Origin: Batkoa obscura
Taxonomy: Eukaryota
Length of the DNA stretch: 64,000 nt
Assembly (NCBI GenBank): GCA_030770535.1
Contig: JASVEC010000013.1
Span: 186,001 to 250,000 of the forward strand
Direction: 5' to 3'
In this document: positions 11,717 through 24,685 of the stretch, piece by piece
How positions within the stretch are numbered: the first letter of the stretch is position 1
Layout: each line of letters opens with the position of its first letter
The notes under the pieces: generated by a model
The model's database searches: none
The model's input: only the letters and a program-made list of their open reading frames with translations
What the model was told of the DNA's origin: nothing
Translations under genes and position numbers: made by a program

Positions 11717-12922
11717 TCACAATGAGATACCAAGAATAGCATTTAAAAGATCGATAAACTTATTATCTCTAGCTTCATTTTTACGAACTTTATCAATGTT
11801 TAAATTATTCATTTTAATCCAATCATCGGGTAATGGAAGTCTTTTCTTAATCTTACCAGGTGCACCTAAGTTGCTAAACCTAATACCTAAACTTAGTAAA
11901 TTATTGCTTAAAAGGTTAATCGCTTGATCCGGGTTTGATTTTTTAACATTTTCTAATAACGTCTGAAGCCCTACACCATGCCCATTACCAATTACATTTC
12001 CATTAGCTTTTCTAGCAATATTTTATGTAGTAGCTGCACTATTTGTATTGACATCTAAAGAAAACTGATACCTTAGATAGGTATAACAAAAGAAAGGATC
12101 TTTAGTATTAAAGGTAGATTGTACAGTGACTTCCCAGGTAACTAAAGAATCAGAAGGAGAGGCAGTTTGATCATATGCACTGCCCTCAAATTAATTTGAA
12201 TCAGGGTGTCTTTGTTGCCATTCATACCATAACATATCAATAAAAGTATGATGCAACATAAATAGAGGATCGTTAGGAGAATACATTTGTCTGAAGTCAT
12301 AGCCACCGCCGATATTTACATGAGGATTACCATGCTTTCCCTCCAAATTAGTACAGAAGTCTGAGAATTGATCATAATTTAAATAGCTATTTAACACGCT
12401 AGGATCAGTGAAGGAAGGAATACTATTGCTATCACTATAGTTTCGTTGCAAACAATGTAACTTTGGATAATTAACATATAAACCAGAAAATCTACCACTA
12501 TTGAGGCAATAATTTCTAGATCCATCACCATTCGCTCCCATATAGGAATTAGATAGTACAGCAGAGTTAGCTGGATAAGCATAATCTTTTGACCAATCCC
12601 AATAAGGTAAATGAACACTTGAATCGATCTTTTGTAATTCTTTTTCATAGAGTCGAATATAATATCTATGCCATGGTAAAAACTTAGGAGTGCCGTGGGC
12701 ATTACCTTTTGCATTATAATGTACCCTTGAATAGTTGTCATAAATGGTGAGATTCCCACTACCTGCTTTAGTGGATTGAAGTTTTTTAGCAGCATTTACA
12801 AAACGAGTAAGCTCATCTTGAGTGAGGTCTCTAATTTCTTTACGTTGGTAAGGATTAGAACAATCCTGAGAAAGATAACCTGAAATAAAGAATAAAGATG
12901 GAAGTAATGATATGAATTTCAT
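11717..12922 (-). pseudogene. Secreted tyrosinase, pseudogene (two in-frame stops)
   Basis: CuA (VHY, AHG, FLPWHR) and CuB (KHG, PHV, DPLFMLHH) are intact. TAA at 12191 and near 12024 correspond to CAA in the 32664 paralog. Homology continues to the normal stop TGA at 11717. Confidence 0.9.
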
Positions 12923-13960
12923 TTGTATTTGTATTTGTATTTGTATTTGTTGATATTGTAACTTTGAGTCCACTCTCTTATATTTATATATACTTTAAAC
13001 CGATACGTAGATTTCTCCATGCACTTAATTCTATACTATTTTTACCCTACTTTAAGTACCTCTCCTTTAATACATCTTGGGATAATTTGATATTAATATT
13101 TCTATAAGCTTTCTTTTAATTTAGTTACATAGAAAGTTCCTTAACTATTTAAATAAGTCAAGGCCAACAAAATATGTAATTGTAGTAATATATCCTTTTT
13201 AAAGTAGTAAAAGCTTTGTTTTTAACTAAAAAACAATTGACTGTTGCAACTAACATCGTCTATTGATCTTGTTAAAAAGTAAAGAAACTCTTGAAGCAGC
13301 CTTTGTTAGTTTTTTAGGTCATTTTAAGTAATAATCGAAACCCACGATTAATTTAAGCTTGAATTTATTTAATCTTCAAGTTTACTAAAAATAGTAGGTT
13401 TTTTAGCCTACAAAATGCCATTGCAATTATAAATTCAAAATTGACTTAAATTAAAACGACAAAAAATTAATATAAAATTTAAAGTTTATTGAAGATTATA
13501 TTAATCTAGGTTTATTATTAGTTAGTTCCTAAATATAAATAGAATGATAAAGCTTTTTTTAACTTTATTTACAATACTTTGCTTTATACATTATTTTAAT
13601 TATAAAAATAACTCATTATAAAAATAACTCATTATAAATGCTACTGGTTTATGAACCTTAATTTGAGTTATTTTATTTTTTGTATGACTTTCTTACATTT
13701 ATAATTTATTAAAATAACTTTTTATTGTTTTGTATTAAAATAATTCTTTTTGTAAGTAGTAAATGTTTTACTATTCTATTTTTAAAAATAAACAATTGTT
13801 TATAAATAATGAGTTACTTTTAAAATTAGAGCTGAGTTAAAACTGAAATTGGAAGTTTGAAAAACTATACTTTTTTACAATATTGACAAATACCCTATAT
13901 TAAACACAGACATAGCTGAAAAATAAGCCATTTTTTTGCAAAAAGTTAAAATAATGAATA
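12445..13960 (-). repeat. Arm 1 of an inverted near-identical duplication of about 1.5 kb (tyrosinase 5' half plus about 1 kb upstream)
   Basis: Reverse complement of about 31635-33140. Confidence 0.9.
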
Positions 13961-14160
13961 TACAAAATCAATAAGCTCTGGCAACCCATAGCAACCTTCC
14001 TATAAAAACAAATAAAAACGTAACAATATCGACACTTTTAATAACTACAATACACTAACTTAGACAATACATAACCAAAAAAACTATAACTTTATAAAGC
14101 ACATAGAAAATAGCAATATATCAGAATTCCAAAATTAAACTTCCTATATTTTCAACTTTA

Positions 14161-15538
14161 TTAAATCTTTTTAACAATTTGGACCACATCTTCATCCTTT
14201 AAAATGTGTTCTCTACCTACTTTTTGTGGATTATGTTTGACTGAATTACCCCATACTTGAGCACTAAAAAATTGGTTAATTACTCACACAATTACTTTTA
14301 AAAATTTAAAAACTTACTGTCTAAAGCGTTCCAAAATAGCTTTATGAATAGCTAAACAGAAATCCTCAACTGAGCATTTACCATCCCTTAATACAACAGG
14401 TTCATTATAATCTGGTAATTTACCTTTAGGTTTTGTATATCTAAATAAAAAAATATTATTTACTTTGATATGCTTATATAAAAATAAATTCTTACACCCT
14501 AACTAAACTAAGATATTTCCACATCATAGCCAATAACTCGTCGAAATTCCATTCATGATGAGCAGAGATAGGAACTGCATGTGGGATTCTATAAATGAGA
14601 TCTAATTCCTCAATAGAAATTTGATCAATTTTGTTTAACACATATATAGCAGGCACGTAAATTCTATTTCCTTCGATGACATCGATCAAATCATCAGCAG
14701 TTGCATCACATTTGAAAGAAACATCGGCATTATGAATCTTATATTCTGAAAGGATAGCTTTAACTTGGTCCAAATCAAGATAAGATAAAGGTACTGTATT
14801 AGTCATATTAATCCCTCCTTTTTCCTTCTTTTTAAAGAAAATATTTGGTGGTTCTTTATTTAATCTTATACCAAAACCTTCCAATTCTTTTTCAATAATC
14901 GCTTTATGTGATAATGGTTTTAAGACATCCAATACTAAAAATATTAAGGAACAGGTTCTAGCTACTGCTATAACCTGTTTACCACGACCTTTACCATCTT
15001 TCGCTCCTTCAATGATACCAGGCAAATCTAAAATCTACTTAGTTTTATCAAAACTTTAATTTTGAATATTTGACAATCGAAATTACTTGTATTTTAGCTC
15101 CTTTATATTGAATTACACCTAAAATAAAATGAAAAGGTTAAAAATTAATTTAATATAATCATGTTTTAACTTACCAGGTACGGTAGTCAATGTTGTAAAC
15201 TCATAAGCACCCACTTCAGAATGAGTTCCTGTAAGCTTTGACATAAGTGTCGATTTACCAACAGAAGGAAAACCAATAAAACCCACTCTAGCAACACCAG
15301 TTTTCGCTACATCGAAACCAACTAAAAAAATCCGACATCAGTTCTTATTCATTTCTTTTTTTTATCGATTTTACTTACCACCAGCACCACCTCCACCGCC
15401 TGACTTTGGATCAATAAGCTCACGACGAAGTTTGGCTAATTTGGCTTTAAGCGTACCCAGATGGAAAGAAGTAGCTTTATTTTTTTGGGTTCGAGCCATC
15501 TCAAGCTCAATCTCTTTTATCTTATCTACTACCGACAT
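14161..15538 (-). CDS. RBG1: Developmentally regulated GTP-binding protein 1 (DRG1/RBG1), multi-exon
   Basis: [71 protein letters not shown]-terminal TGS domain ending DVVQIVKKI*. Confidence 0.96.
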
Positions 15539-15770
15539 CTTCTATAAACTTCTATATTCAATTTATTTTTATTTATTTATAAAAAACAAAATTCAAAAAA
15601 TATTTAAAGAAGCCCTAAGTGGAAAATAAAACTTTGCTCTGATTGGTTAAAAATGTGAAAAGAATAAAATTAAAAATTATAAAAACTCGTTTTATTCGAC
15701 TTTAAAAAAATTCGATTAACAAAAATAAACAACTAAAACTTTAATAAAAACGAATACAATAATTATTAAC

Positions 15771-18539
15771 TTATTCTGACTCTGAAGATGTAGATTCGTA
15801 ATTCTTATTATTACTAATCGTGCTGGTTACTACTTTAGGTTTTACTTCCTCTTCTTCATCACTATAATCATCGGGATCTTCCGATGTAAATTCATCCATA
15901 AAATGACCACCACTTTTGATCTTTTTAATTTTTTTTGGACTAGGAAGAATAGGATTCGAAACAAATTCAAGATCGTCTGATATGGAATCGATATCTTCTA
16001 AAATAAGCATATTAGTTGTTATTTAATTTAAAAATCAAATAACAATCTTTACCCAAAATTCCAACTTTCTCCTCTTTCTTACTCTCATTTATTTTTCCAT
16101 TTCCATTTCCACTTTCATCATTCTTTTCAATTTTACTCTTAGTTTTAGCACTTTCTAAAACTTTATCAGTCGTAGGGACAGGCACCTGTACCTAAATTCA
16201 AATTTAAAATTAATTTTGTATCAATAATATATACTCTACCTCTTGTTTTGGTAACGTCTTAACAACCTTTTTATTGCTTTTATTTGATATTATAGAACTA
16301 GCTTTTGAAGAGCTTGATTCCCCACTATCTGATTCAGATTCTTCATAACTTGATTCACTTGAACTAGATATATCTTTAATTTGTCTTTTGGGTGCTACTC
16401 GAGTATTCATAGCTGCTCTACTACCAGGAGTGTTATTGTTATTGAAACTGACTTGAGGTGATCCATTGATATTAGTTGAGTTATCGTTATTATTCACTAC
16501 TGTTTGATTATTGCTATCACTAACTGTATTTTCATTAACAGCATCTTTATTACTTTCCAAGTTAAAAAAATCTAGGTCTTCATCATCATCGGAACTTGAT
16601 AAATCTAATTGGGCTTTAAGTGCTTCATAACCTTCTTTGATTGAAGATACATTATTGTTGTTATTATTATTACTATCAACATTCACATTCTCTTTTCCTT
16701 CTACTTTTTTAATATCTTTAATATCTTTAATATCTTTAATATCTTTAATTTCTTCAATTTCTTCAAATAATTCACTATCATTATCAATTTCTTCCTCTTT
16801 ATCTTCTTTTGTTTCATCTTTGTTTTCATCTTTGTTTTCATCTTTGTTTTCATCTTTGTTTTCATTCTTTGGCAAAATTTCAAACTCTTCCCTTAAATCC
16901 ATAAGTTCATCATCTGAACTTGAAAAATCAAACTTTAATTTCATTTCTTCATATTTCTTTTTAATTTCACCTTCTTCTCCACTTACTTTCATTTCCAAAT
17001 TTTGAACCTCTGGCTGCTTTTCAACCTCCACTTCCTGTACTTTCTCTACTCTAGGTTTCCTTCCCCTACTACTTTTAACTTCTTTAACTTCTTTAACTTC
17101 TTTAACTTCTTTAACTTCTTTAACTTCCTTCGTTTGTTTAACAACAGGCTTAACACTGGGTTTAATCATTTCAAATTCTTCCTTATGAACAACATTATTA
17201 CTATTATTATGACTGTTATTAGTTCTAGCATGACTCCTATTCATAGTATTATGGTTACTATTGTTACTATTATTAAATCTTCCACCACCCATTCTGCCAT
17301 TATTTTTGGTTAACATGGTATGCTTTTTAATTACTTCAGCAATAGATTGCTCTGTATTTGTATTAGGTAATTTAGGTGGAGATAAAGTAGCCTTAGTTAT
17401 TCCTCTCCTTGATTTATTTGATAATAATTTTTTGAATTCATCGGGTATTTTATTTGCTTTAGCTTTAGTAGTACCTCGTTTAGTTGTATTTGTTTTTATT
17501 GGGGTATTTTTAACAATATTATGGTTTTCGTGATTAACTGGAATCGATTTTTTAATTTCTATTAGTTTAAAAAATTAAAAAATTGCTTTCTTATTAAATT
17601 ATTTGATAATTTACCTGGTTTGACTGTATTATTATTTCCTTCCTTCATCACTTTATTTTCGACGATCTTCTTTACCATTAGTTTATTTCCTACCTCTTCA
17701 CTTTTCTCTACTTCATCCATACTCATTTCATTACCCAATACTCTTTCCTCTTCACTAACAATTTCACCTTCTTCTACTTCCCCATCATCTTCTTTGCTAT
17801 GAACTTCAAAACTACTTACCCTACCTAACGCACTACCGCCTGTACTACTACCTACAATAATTGCTGGGTTTACCTCTAAACTAGGAGGATTATATCGATT
17901 ATCTTGATAAATTTGGTTCCTATTAACATAATTTGCACTATTTTTCATTTGTTTTTGTCTAAATCGTAAAGTGTAAGCATCGGGAATAGGTTGGATTTCA
18001 CAACTCTAAATTCAGTAAATGAAATAAAATTTAATTTTAGTGACAAATGATGTTTAAATAATAGATTTACTTTGTTGTTTTTAAATATTAAAGAACATTC
18101 TTGTAATCGTCGAAAGTCTAATGCTCGTCCATCAAAATGGATGGGGGCAGTCTAAGAGGAGATTTAGTTAAATTGAATTTTTTTTAAGTGAATTTTAAAA
18201 TTAATTAGTTACCTCTGGTAAAAAGAAAGTAGCGTTAGCATGTTCAGCTTCCACTTTTAATTCACCTTCACAAGTAGGTGGTGGTTTTTTTTCACCATCG
18301 GATTTTTTAACTAATATTGAAAATCGAAAAAATATCTTTAGTTTCTAGTACTTCTTTTCTGTTCTTTTCTATTTGGAATATAAAAACTTACAAACTATAG
18401 AGATGTTTTTTTTACTATTATTTTTAATACTATTCGTTAGGATTACATCTTTGGAACATTCTTTAAATCCTTTAAATGAAACTTTGATTATTCCATCCCC
18501 ACTAAATTGACCATTCGTTCGATCTTTAAACCCTAACAT
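15771..18539 (-). CDS. Multi-exon protein with a probable N-terminal ELL-associated factor (EAF)-like domain and a long charged low-complexity tail
   Basis: Spliced N-terminus ...KKPPPTCEGELKVEAEHANATFFLPE/TAPIHFDGRALDFRRLQECSLIFKNNK/SCEIQPIPDAYTLRF resembles the EAF pattern EGEL.V...F.G...ECxLI. Downstream ORFs 17562-17948, 16210-17316 and 15771-16010 are joined by GT-AG introns. Confidence 0.55.
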
Positions 18540-18791
18540 TATCTCAAGTTGCTTATCCCCAATCAAAATTTCAAAAAAGAGAGAACTTTATGTGATTAGC
18601 ATAATCAACTAACTTCAACTATAAAATGAAATTCTTAATCTCATTGGTTTATTCTTAAATTTCTGTTTCAGTGCCTCAAATTATTTGAAAATTTTAGTTA
18701 TTACTTTTTACTAAAAACCTCAATCAATTTTGTCAATTTAAAAAAACTGAAATTTTTTATTATAAAAAAAAAGGAACGAAGTTGGATTTTG

Positions 18792-20929
18792 TTAAGATAA
18801 TTTGGATGACCAAACATCATTATCATTATCATTATTAGGATATTGATGATCAGGATGAATTGTATGAGTATGTCCAGTATGATAATCATGATGATTATTA
18901 TGACGTTGTCTACTATGATGACTCTGAGTACTATGAATACTATGAATACTATGAACACTATCTCTATTGTCTATTACTCCCACCTTAGTTCCAGGATCCA
19001 CATGAATAACTTCAATATTAGAATGATTGGACCCACTTTCAATATTCTCATGCTCATTAATATCATCTTCTTCATTATCTCCCGAGAAATCCAATGTAAC
19101 TACAGGAAATGAAGATTCTTGTACTTCATACGAATTATTAGAACGAACACTGTTACTATCTTCTCTAGTTCTATTTATACCTTCAATTACTGTATTTTGA
19201 TCCGATGGTGGTACTAATACAATATCTTGACCAGGTTTAATAATAGGTAATCTACTGACTACGTTCATTGCAGAAGAAGCAGTTAAAGATCTTGATCTAG
19301 TAGATACATGTTTACCAATATAAAATAATGGAATAGTAATACCATGAACAATAACGGAAGTTAATACTAAAAATGTAACAATTGGATAAACATAAGGTCG
19401 AACTTGTTCTAATTTTTCAATTTTACTTAAATCCGAAGTTGGATCTTCTATAAATTCATCAATTAAATTATTAGTTAATACGGATAAAAAGATAGCACCA
19501 ACACCAATTGGACCAAACCATCCTGCAAAAATAGCTTGTCGCCAATTTCTTATTGCTGGTGTAAATTTACCAAAAACTAACATAGCTGGTAAGCGTCGTA
19601 ATAAAATTATTAATAATCCTATTACTACTAAATTGCCATAATTTAAACCTTCAATTGGAGAAGTATAATCATCCCATGGGATACTAGCACCAAGGAATAT
19701 AAAATAAGCATAATTGAAAATCATATCAACAACTTCTTGTAAATGAGCTTCTCGAGTTTCATTTGAAAACCAATTACTATATTAAATTTAATATAATTAA
19801 TAAATATATTTATAATAATTATTCTAGTATAAACCTACTCCCAAGCAAAAGCATTACCCGCTACAAAACAAGCTAGAATATCATCTGTACCCAAAAGTCC
19901 TAATACTCCAACTAAAAATAAAGCTAAAGCAATCCAAAAGGCTAAAAAAGATTCTTTATCAATTAAATCATATTTTTCAGCTAAATAAATTAATTTTCGA
20001 AATATAAAACCAGCTACAATTCCAATAACTATAGCTAATAGTATTTGATAAATCCATATTAACACTATCCATTTAGAAATAACAGTTGATAACGAATCAA
20101 ATTGTAGTAAATATAAAGCTAAATACATATACGGTAAACCAAGGCCTATGGAAGAATATTATTAATTTTATAAGACTTATATTAGTATTATTTCTATTAA
20201 TTCATTCTTTCACTTACCATCATTAGCGCCACTAAATAAAATAAAAAGATCAATATTTATATATATAAAATAAACTATTTATTTACCTTTCAGCAGATAA
20301 TATATCTCGAACGTTAATAGGAATATGTTGTTCTGCAAATCTACCTTTAACAACGGAATTAGCTAATACAGGATCAGTAGGTGTAACAGAAGCAGCAATT
20401 AACAATGCTTGTACATAATTGATAGGTAATAAAGCATATAATATAGCTCCACTTATTAACCACATAGCTAACATAGTGGGTCCTAATAGCATTAATAAAG
20501 AACGAAATTCATTCCATACATAAGCTCTATAAAAAGAAGATTAATAAATCAGAAATTGATAAATACTAAAATCTAAATTCAATTACTTTGGCATAGAAAC
20601 ACCGGCCGCCATAACCTAAAAAAAATAATGATCAATATTAAACTTGAAAATTCATTCTATTAGATTTAATTACTTACTTGAATAGCAATTGCAAACTTAG
20701 ATAATTCTAAAGTTATACTTGAATGATCATTTAAACTTAATGGATCAAATAAATTTAATACTTTTGGTCCTACTATAATCCCAAATAATAAAGCTACTAA
20801 TGCATCTGATAAAAATAATTTTTCTTTAATGAATAAAGATACTAGACCAAAAAAGATAATGAAGCCACCAATTAAGGCACTGACTAAATAGATTAATTCG
20901 GGATGAAGATGGATAACGAAATCGGACAT
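18792..20929 (-). CDS. NHA1: Na+(K+)/H+ antiporter, fungal NHA1/Sod2 type, multi-exon
   Basis: TPTDPVLANSVVKGRFAE, GTDDILACFVAG, LLRRLP, FAGWFGPIGVGAIF, SVIVHGITIP. Confidence 0.93.
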
Positions 20930-22327
20930 TGGAGAATGGAGTTATTGAATCGATTTATATTTTTAAATTGAATTATAAATGTTGTATTATATTGAAAATT
21001 AATTATTTTATTTATATATGAATTCAAATTAAAGTGTTATAAATTCACTTAAAAATCATGAATGTATTTTTTTAAAAAGTTAAAAAAGAGTGGATTTTTT
21101 TATAACTATTTGTTATTTAATAAAGTAATTGTTTGTGTTGATAAAAATTAAGAAATTTTCAAATTAATTTAGAGAATAAAAGAATTTGTTGATAAATATT
21201 CTTGTTTTAATGATTATTAAGTGGTCATTGAGAGCAATTGATTGGTCCATATCTTCAATTGTTGTAATATTGAATTTGAAAATCCAAAATTGAATCTTAA
21301 AAAAAAATCAAGAGTACTAGTACTACCTTGTGTCAATAAATAGTTTCTTTATTTTAAAAAAAAACAGTAAAAAGAATACAATCTATGATGGAAACAAGAG
21401 AAATAATAAGTTCAAGAATAAGATAAGAGGATAGTATAGCAATGGGTTGACAGTTCACATTCAATTTCCTCTATTTTTTTAAAAAAAATTAGATTTTCAT
21501 TTTATGCTTAATTTTCGTTCTTATGAATTAACTTAAATTAAATCCAATTTTCAAGAATTATTAAAATATGATGTGAAGATTACAATACTAATAATAATGA
21601 ATTAGTAAGACTTGAAAGTACTAGTGTCATTTGACTGTGTTATTGCTCAAACTACACAATATAGGATAACATGGAATTCTAATATATTAATAAAGATATT
21701 AGAAATAAATCTTAAGTTTTATTTTTGAAATTCGGGTCTAAAAAAAATAACTCAATTTAAATTAAACTTATCCATCTTGAGCTCTACAAAAAAAGCATTT
21801 ATAGCAATTAAATCATTGAATAATTAGTGCTAGATTAATGCCTTTTTTGAAACTTGTTACTAATACCTATTATACTAATATAACTAATAATGTATATGTT
21901 TCTAATATTAGCTATATATTACTCTTTTATGATATAAACAATAGTAAATTATTTTAGGGATCCAAAATAGTATAAATAAGATAAAAAGTATCAAATAAAT
22001 ATTAATATTTATTTCATTTTTTCAACATATTCAAAATATAAAATTACCTACTCTTAATTAGAAATAGAAATTAATTCGAATGATATTGGAGTTGCCCAAA
22101 TTTAATTTTGAAATTTCCAGCCATAAAATTCAAAAATAGTCACGTCAATCTTGTCCATCTAAAAATTTATTTTTAAAAATAATATTATTATGAACATCCA
22201 AATCAATTCAAAATTAATATCCATTATTAATTATTCAATATAAAGCCCAATAACAATAATAAATTCATTATTATTATTTTATCTTTTTTTATTTTTATTG
22301 ATTATTGGAATAATAATAGATATTACA

Positions 22328-24625
22328 ATGCAATTGTTTTATTTTTTATTTACTTTTATACTGGTTATAAAAGCTCAATCTCCTTCTACGACTACTGTCA
22401 CTAACATCAATGAGTATTTTTATGAACATTTAATTAAGAAGTTCTCGGGTCAAACGAATATTATACCTAATAACTATGGACCTAAACCAATTGTTAATAT
22501 GAAAGTAACATGTAATATGAATGATATACGTACTATAGAAACAATTAATTCAATGAATACTAATGTTATATTAAATATCAATGAACCACCTGTATTTGGA
22601 TTAAAATTCATTGATAACAATCAAAAAATTATTGTTAATAGAGAAAGTAATGGAAAATATACAATCATTTTATTAGATTATTTTAATTTAAAATTGGAAG
22701 CTATTTATTCAACAACAGCAGCAAGTAGTTTAGGACAATCTCAAGGACAAAATTTAAATGTTGATTTTCTTAGTTTTAAAGGAAAGACAGGAATGTTACA
22801 ATTTAAATTACAATCTAATTTAATTAAATATCAAAAATTAGCTAATAATTTTATACAATTATTATTTAATAATGTTAAATTATCAGGACCTATGGGATTA
22901 TTTGAATTTCAAATATTATCCGATAATCAAGTATTAATTACTATTCAAGAAGTATCCTTAATTTCAATCGAACATTATAAACCTACAATTGACTTAATTA
23001 AATTACAAAAAGAAGGAATTAAAAATTATGAATTTTCAATTAATTTTGATGAATTTACTTTAGAACCTTTACAAAATAATCAAATTAAAATTATCATTAA
23101 TGAATTACAATTAATATCATTAAAATCATTAATTGATATTCAAACTATTAAAGAACAAGTTAATATTAAAATTGAAAATTTACAATTAATTAAAATATTA
23201 CCTTTTAATTTAAAATCCGAAATTATACAACCCAATGGCTTATTAAATCCATTTTATTTAACCAAATTTAACGGCTTATTACAATTTTATTTTAATGATC
23301 CATCTATTATTAATATTATTAATACAAATAATAATTTATTAATATTAAATATTGCAGGTTATGAATTTAAATCAATTCAAGGTAATATGGGTTTAATTAA
23401 AGGAAATAAAAATCAATCAATATTATATATTAAAAATAGTCAAAATATTCAACTTCGATTAATGAATGATAATAATGATAAATATAATAATTTAAAATTT
23501 AAAGGAATATTAAATATTCAAAATAATACACCTGATACATTAAATGGAAATTATAATTTTATTGGATTTAATTATGGATTTAATGAAGAAAAGGAAATTA
23601 AAGATGATAAAGATAAAGAAAATAAAGATAATGAATCTAAAGAAGAAAAGAAACCAGAAGTAGAAGAAAAACCTTCAGAGGTAATAGAGAAGTCAAAAGA
23701 AGAAATAATATTACCTTCAGCTAAACCTATTAATGTTGAAGAAAATAATCCAGTAGAAGTTTATGATTTAACTAAAATGGATTTAAATAAACTAAAATTA
23801 TTTAATACAACAATACAATTAGAAGTGGAAGATAAAAATAATTTCAAAAAGAAAATTAAAGGAGATCAAATCATATTAATTGTAAATGAACATCAAATTA
23901 TTGGTAATAAAGATAATATTTTAGTATCAGAAGATCGAAATAAATTTATTATTGAAATTAAATATCCTTTATTATTAAAGATTGAAGATATAAAGGAAGA
24001 AAAAGAAGATATTAAAAAGAAACCAAAAAATGAAATAAAGCCAATTAAACCAAAAGATAAGCCATTAAAAGAAGAAAAAGAAAAAGAAGAAGAAAAAGAA
24101 GAAGAAATAGAGACATTAACAGATGTTGATTTTGAAGAATTAATACCATGTGATTTATATGATTTTAATTTATTTGATAAAAAAAGACAACCAGCTATTG
24201 TACGATATATAGGAAGTATACAACAAACTCATTATAATACAATTACTAATCTAATCTTTTGTAATAAGAGAATTACATTAAACAAAAAAGATTATAAATT
24301 GATGAAATATAATTCCACTATTAATTTAATTCAATTTAATAAGCCTAATGAAATGAATTATGTACCTCAAGATGAAGATTATGATAGTAATAATATGGAA
24401 GATGAATTAAATAAATTAAATGATTATTTAATTCCAATTGAGATTAAAATATTAGAAGAAATAGAAAAGATTCAACATTCTATTAAAGATGGTCAGACGG
24501 AAATTCAATTATTAGGTTATCAATTAATTGGTTCTGAAGAAAATTTATTTTTAGATAAAAGAAGTGAAAATGATATTAGAATATTAATTAATGATCCTGC
24601 TGGAATATTAGTTAATAAATTATAA
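22328..24625 (+). CDS. Uncharacterised secreted protein, Ile/Asn/Lys-rich with two Glu/Lys linkers
   Basis: Long open frame; signal peptide MQLFYFLFTFILVIKA from ATG 22328; no family recognised. Confidence 0.75.
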   Translation: MQLFYFLFTFILVIKAQSPSTTTVTNINEYFYEHLIKKFSGQTNIIPNNYGPKPIVNMKVTCNMNDIRTIETINSMNTNVILNINEPPVFGLKFIDNNQKIIVNRESNGKYTIILLDYFNLKLEAIYSTTAASSLGQSQGQNLNVDFLSFKGKTGMLQFKLQSNLIKYQKLANNFIQLLFNNVKLSGPMGLFEFQILSDNQVLITIQEVSLISIEHYKPTIDLIKLQKEGIKNYEFSINFDEFTLEPLQNNQIKIIINELQLISLKSLIDIQTIKEQVNIKIENLQLIKILPFNLKSEIIQPNGLLNPFYLTKFNGLLQFYFNDPSIINIINTNNNLLILNIAGYEFKSIQGNMGLIKGNKNQSILYIKNSQNIQLRLMNDNNDKYNNLKFKGILNIQNNTPDTLNGNYNFIGFNYGFNEEKEIKDDKDKENKDNESKEEKKPEVEEKPSEVIEKSKEEIILPSAKPINVEENNPVEVYDLTKMDLNKLKLFNTTIQLEVEDKNNFKKKIKGDQIILIVNEHQIIGNKDNILVSEDRNKFIIEIKYPLLLKIEDIKEEKEDIKKKPKNEIKPIKPKDKPLKEEKEKEEEKEEEIETLTDVDFEELIPCDLYDFNLFDKKRQPAIVRYIGSIQQTHYNTITNLIFCNKRITLNKKDYKLMKYNSTINLIQFNKPNEMNYVPQDEDYDSNNMEDELNKLNDYLIPIEIKILEEIEKIQHSIKDGQTEIQLLGYQLIGSEENLFLDKRSENDIRILINDPAGILVNKL

Positions 24626-24685
24626 CAATAAATAATTTAAATAATAATAATAATATATTATTATATTATATTATATTATATTTAC

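Noticed and set aside
12191..12973. TAA stop-codon reassignment or readthrough in tyrosinase copy 1
   Set aside because: TAA is the normal terminator for many genes here (DRG1, ACADSB, S41); pseudogenisation is simpler.
16637..17802. Plus-strand hydrophobic ORFs and other short overlapping ORFs in the track (e.g. 2714, 12391, 32791, 35935, 37402, 39778, 57503)
   Set aside because: Antisense or alternative-frame shadows of real genes and low-complexity repeats.
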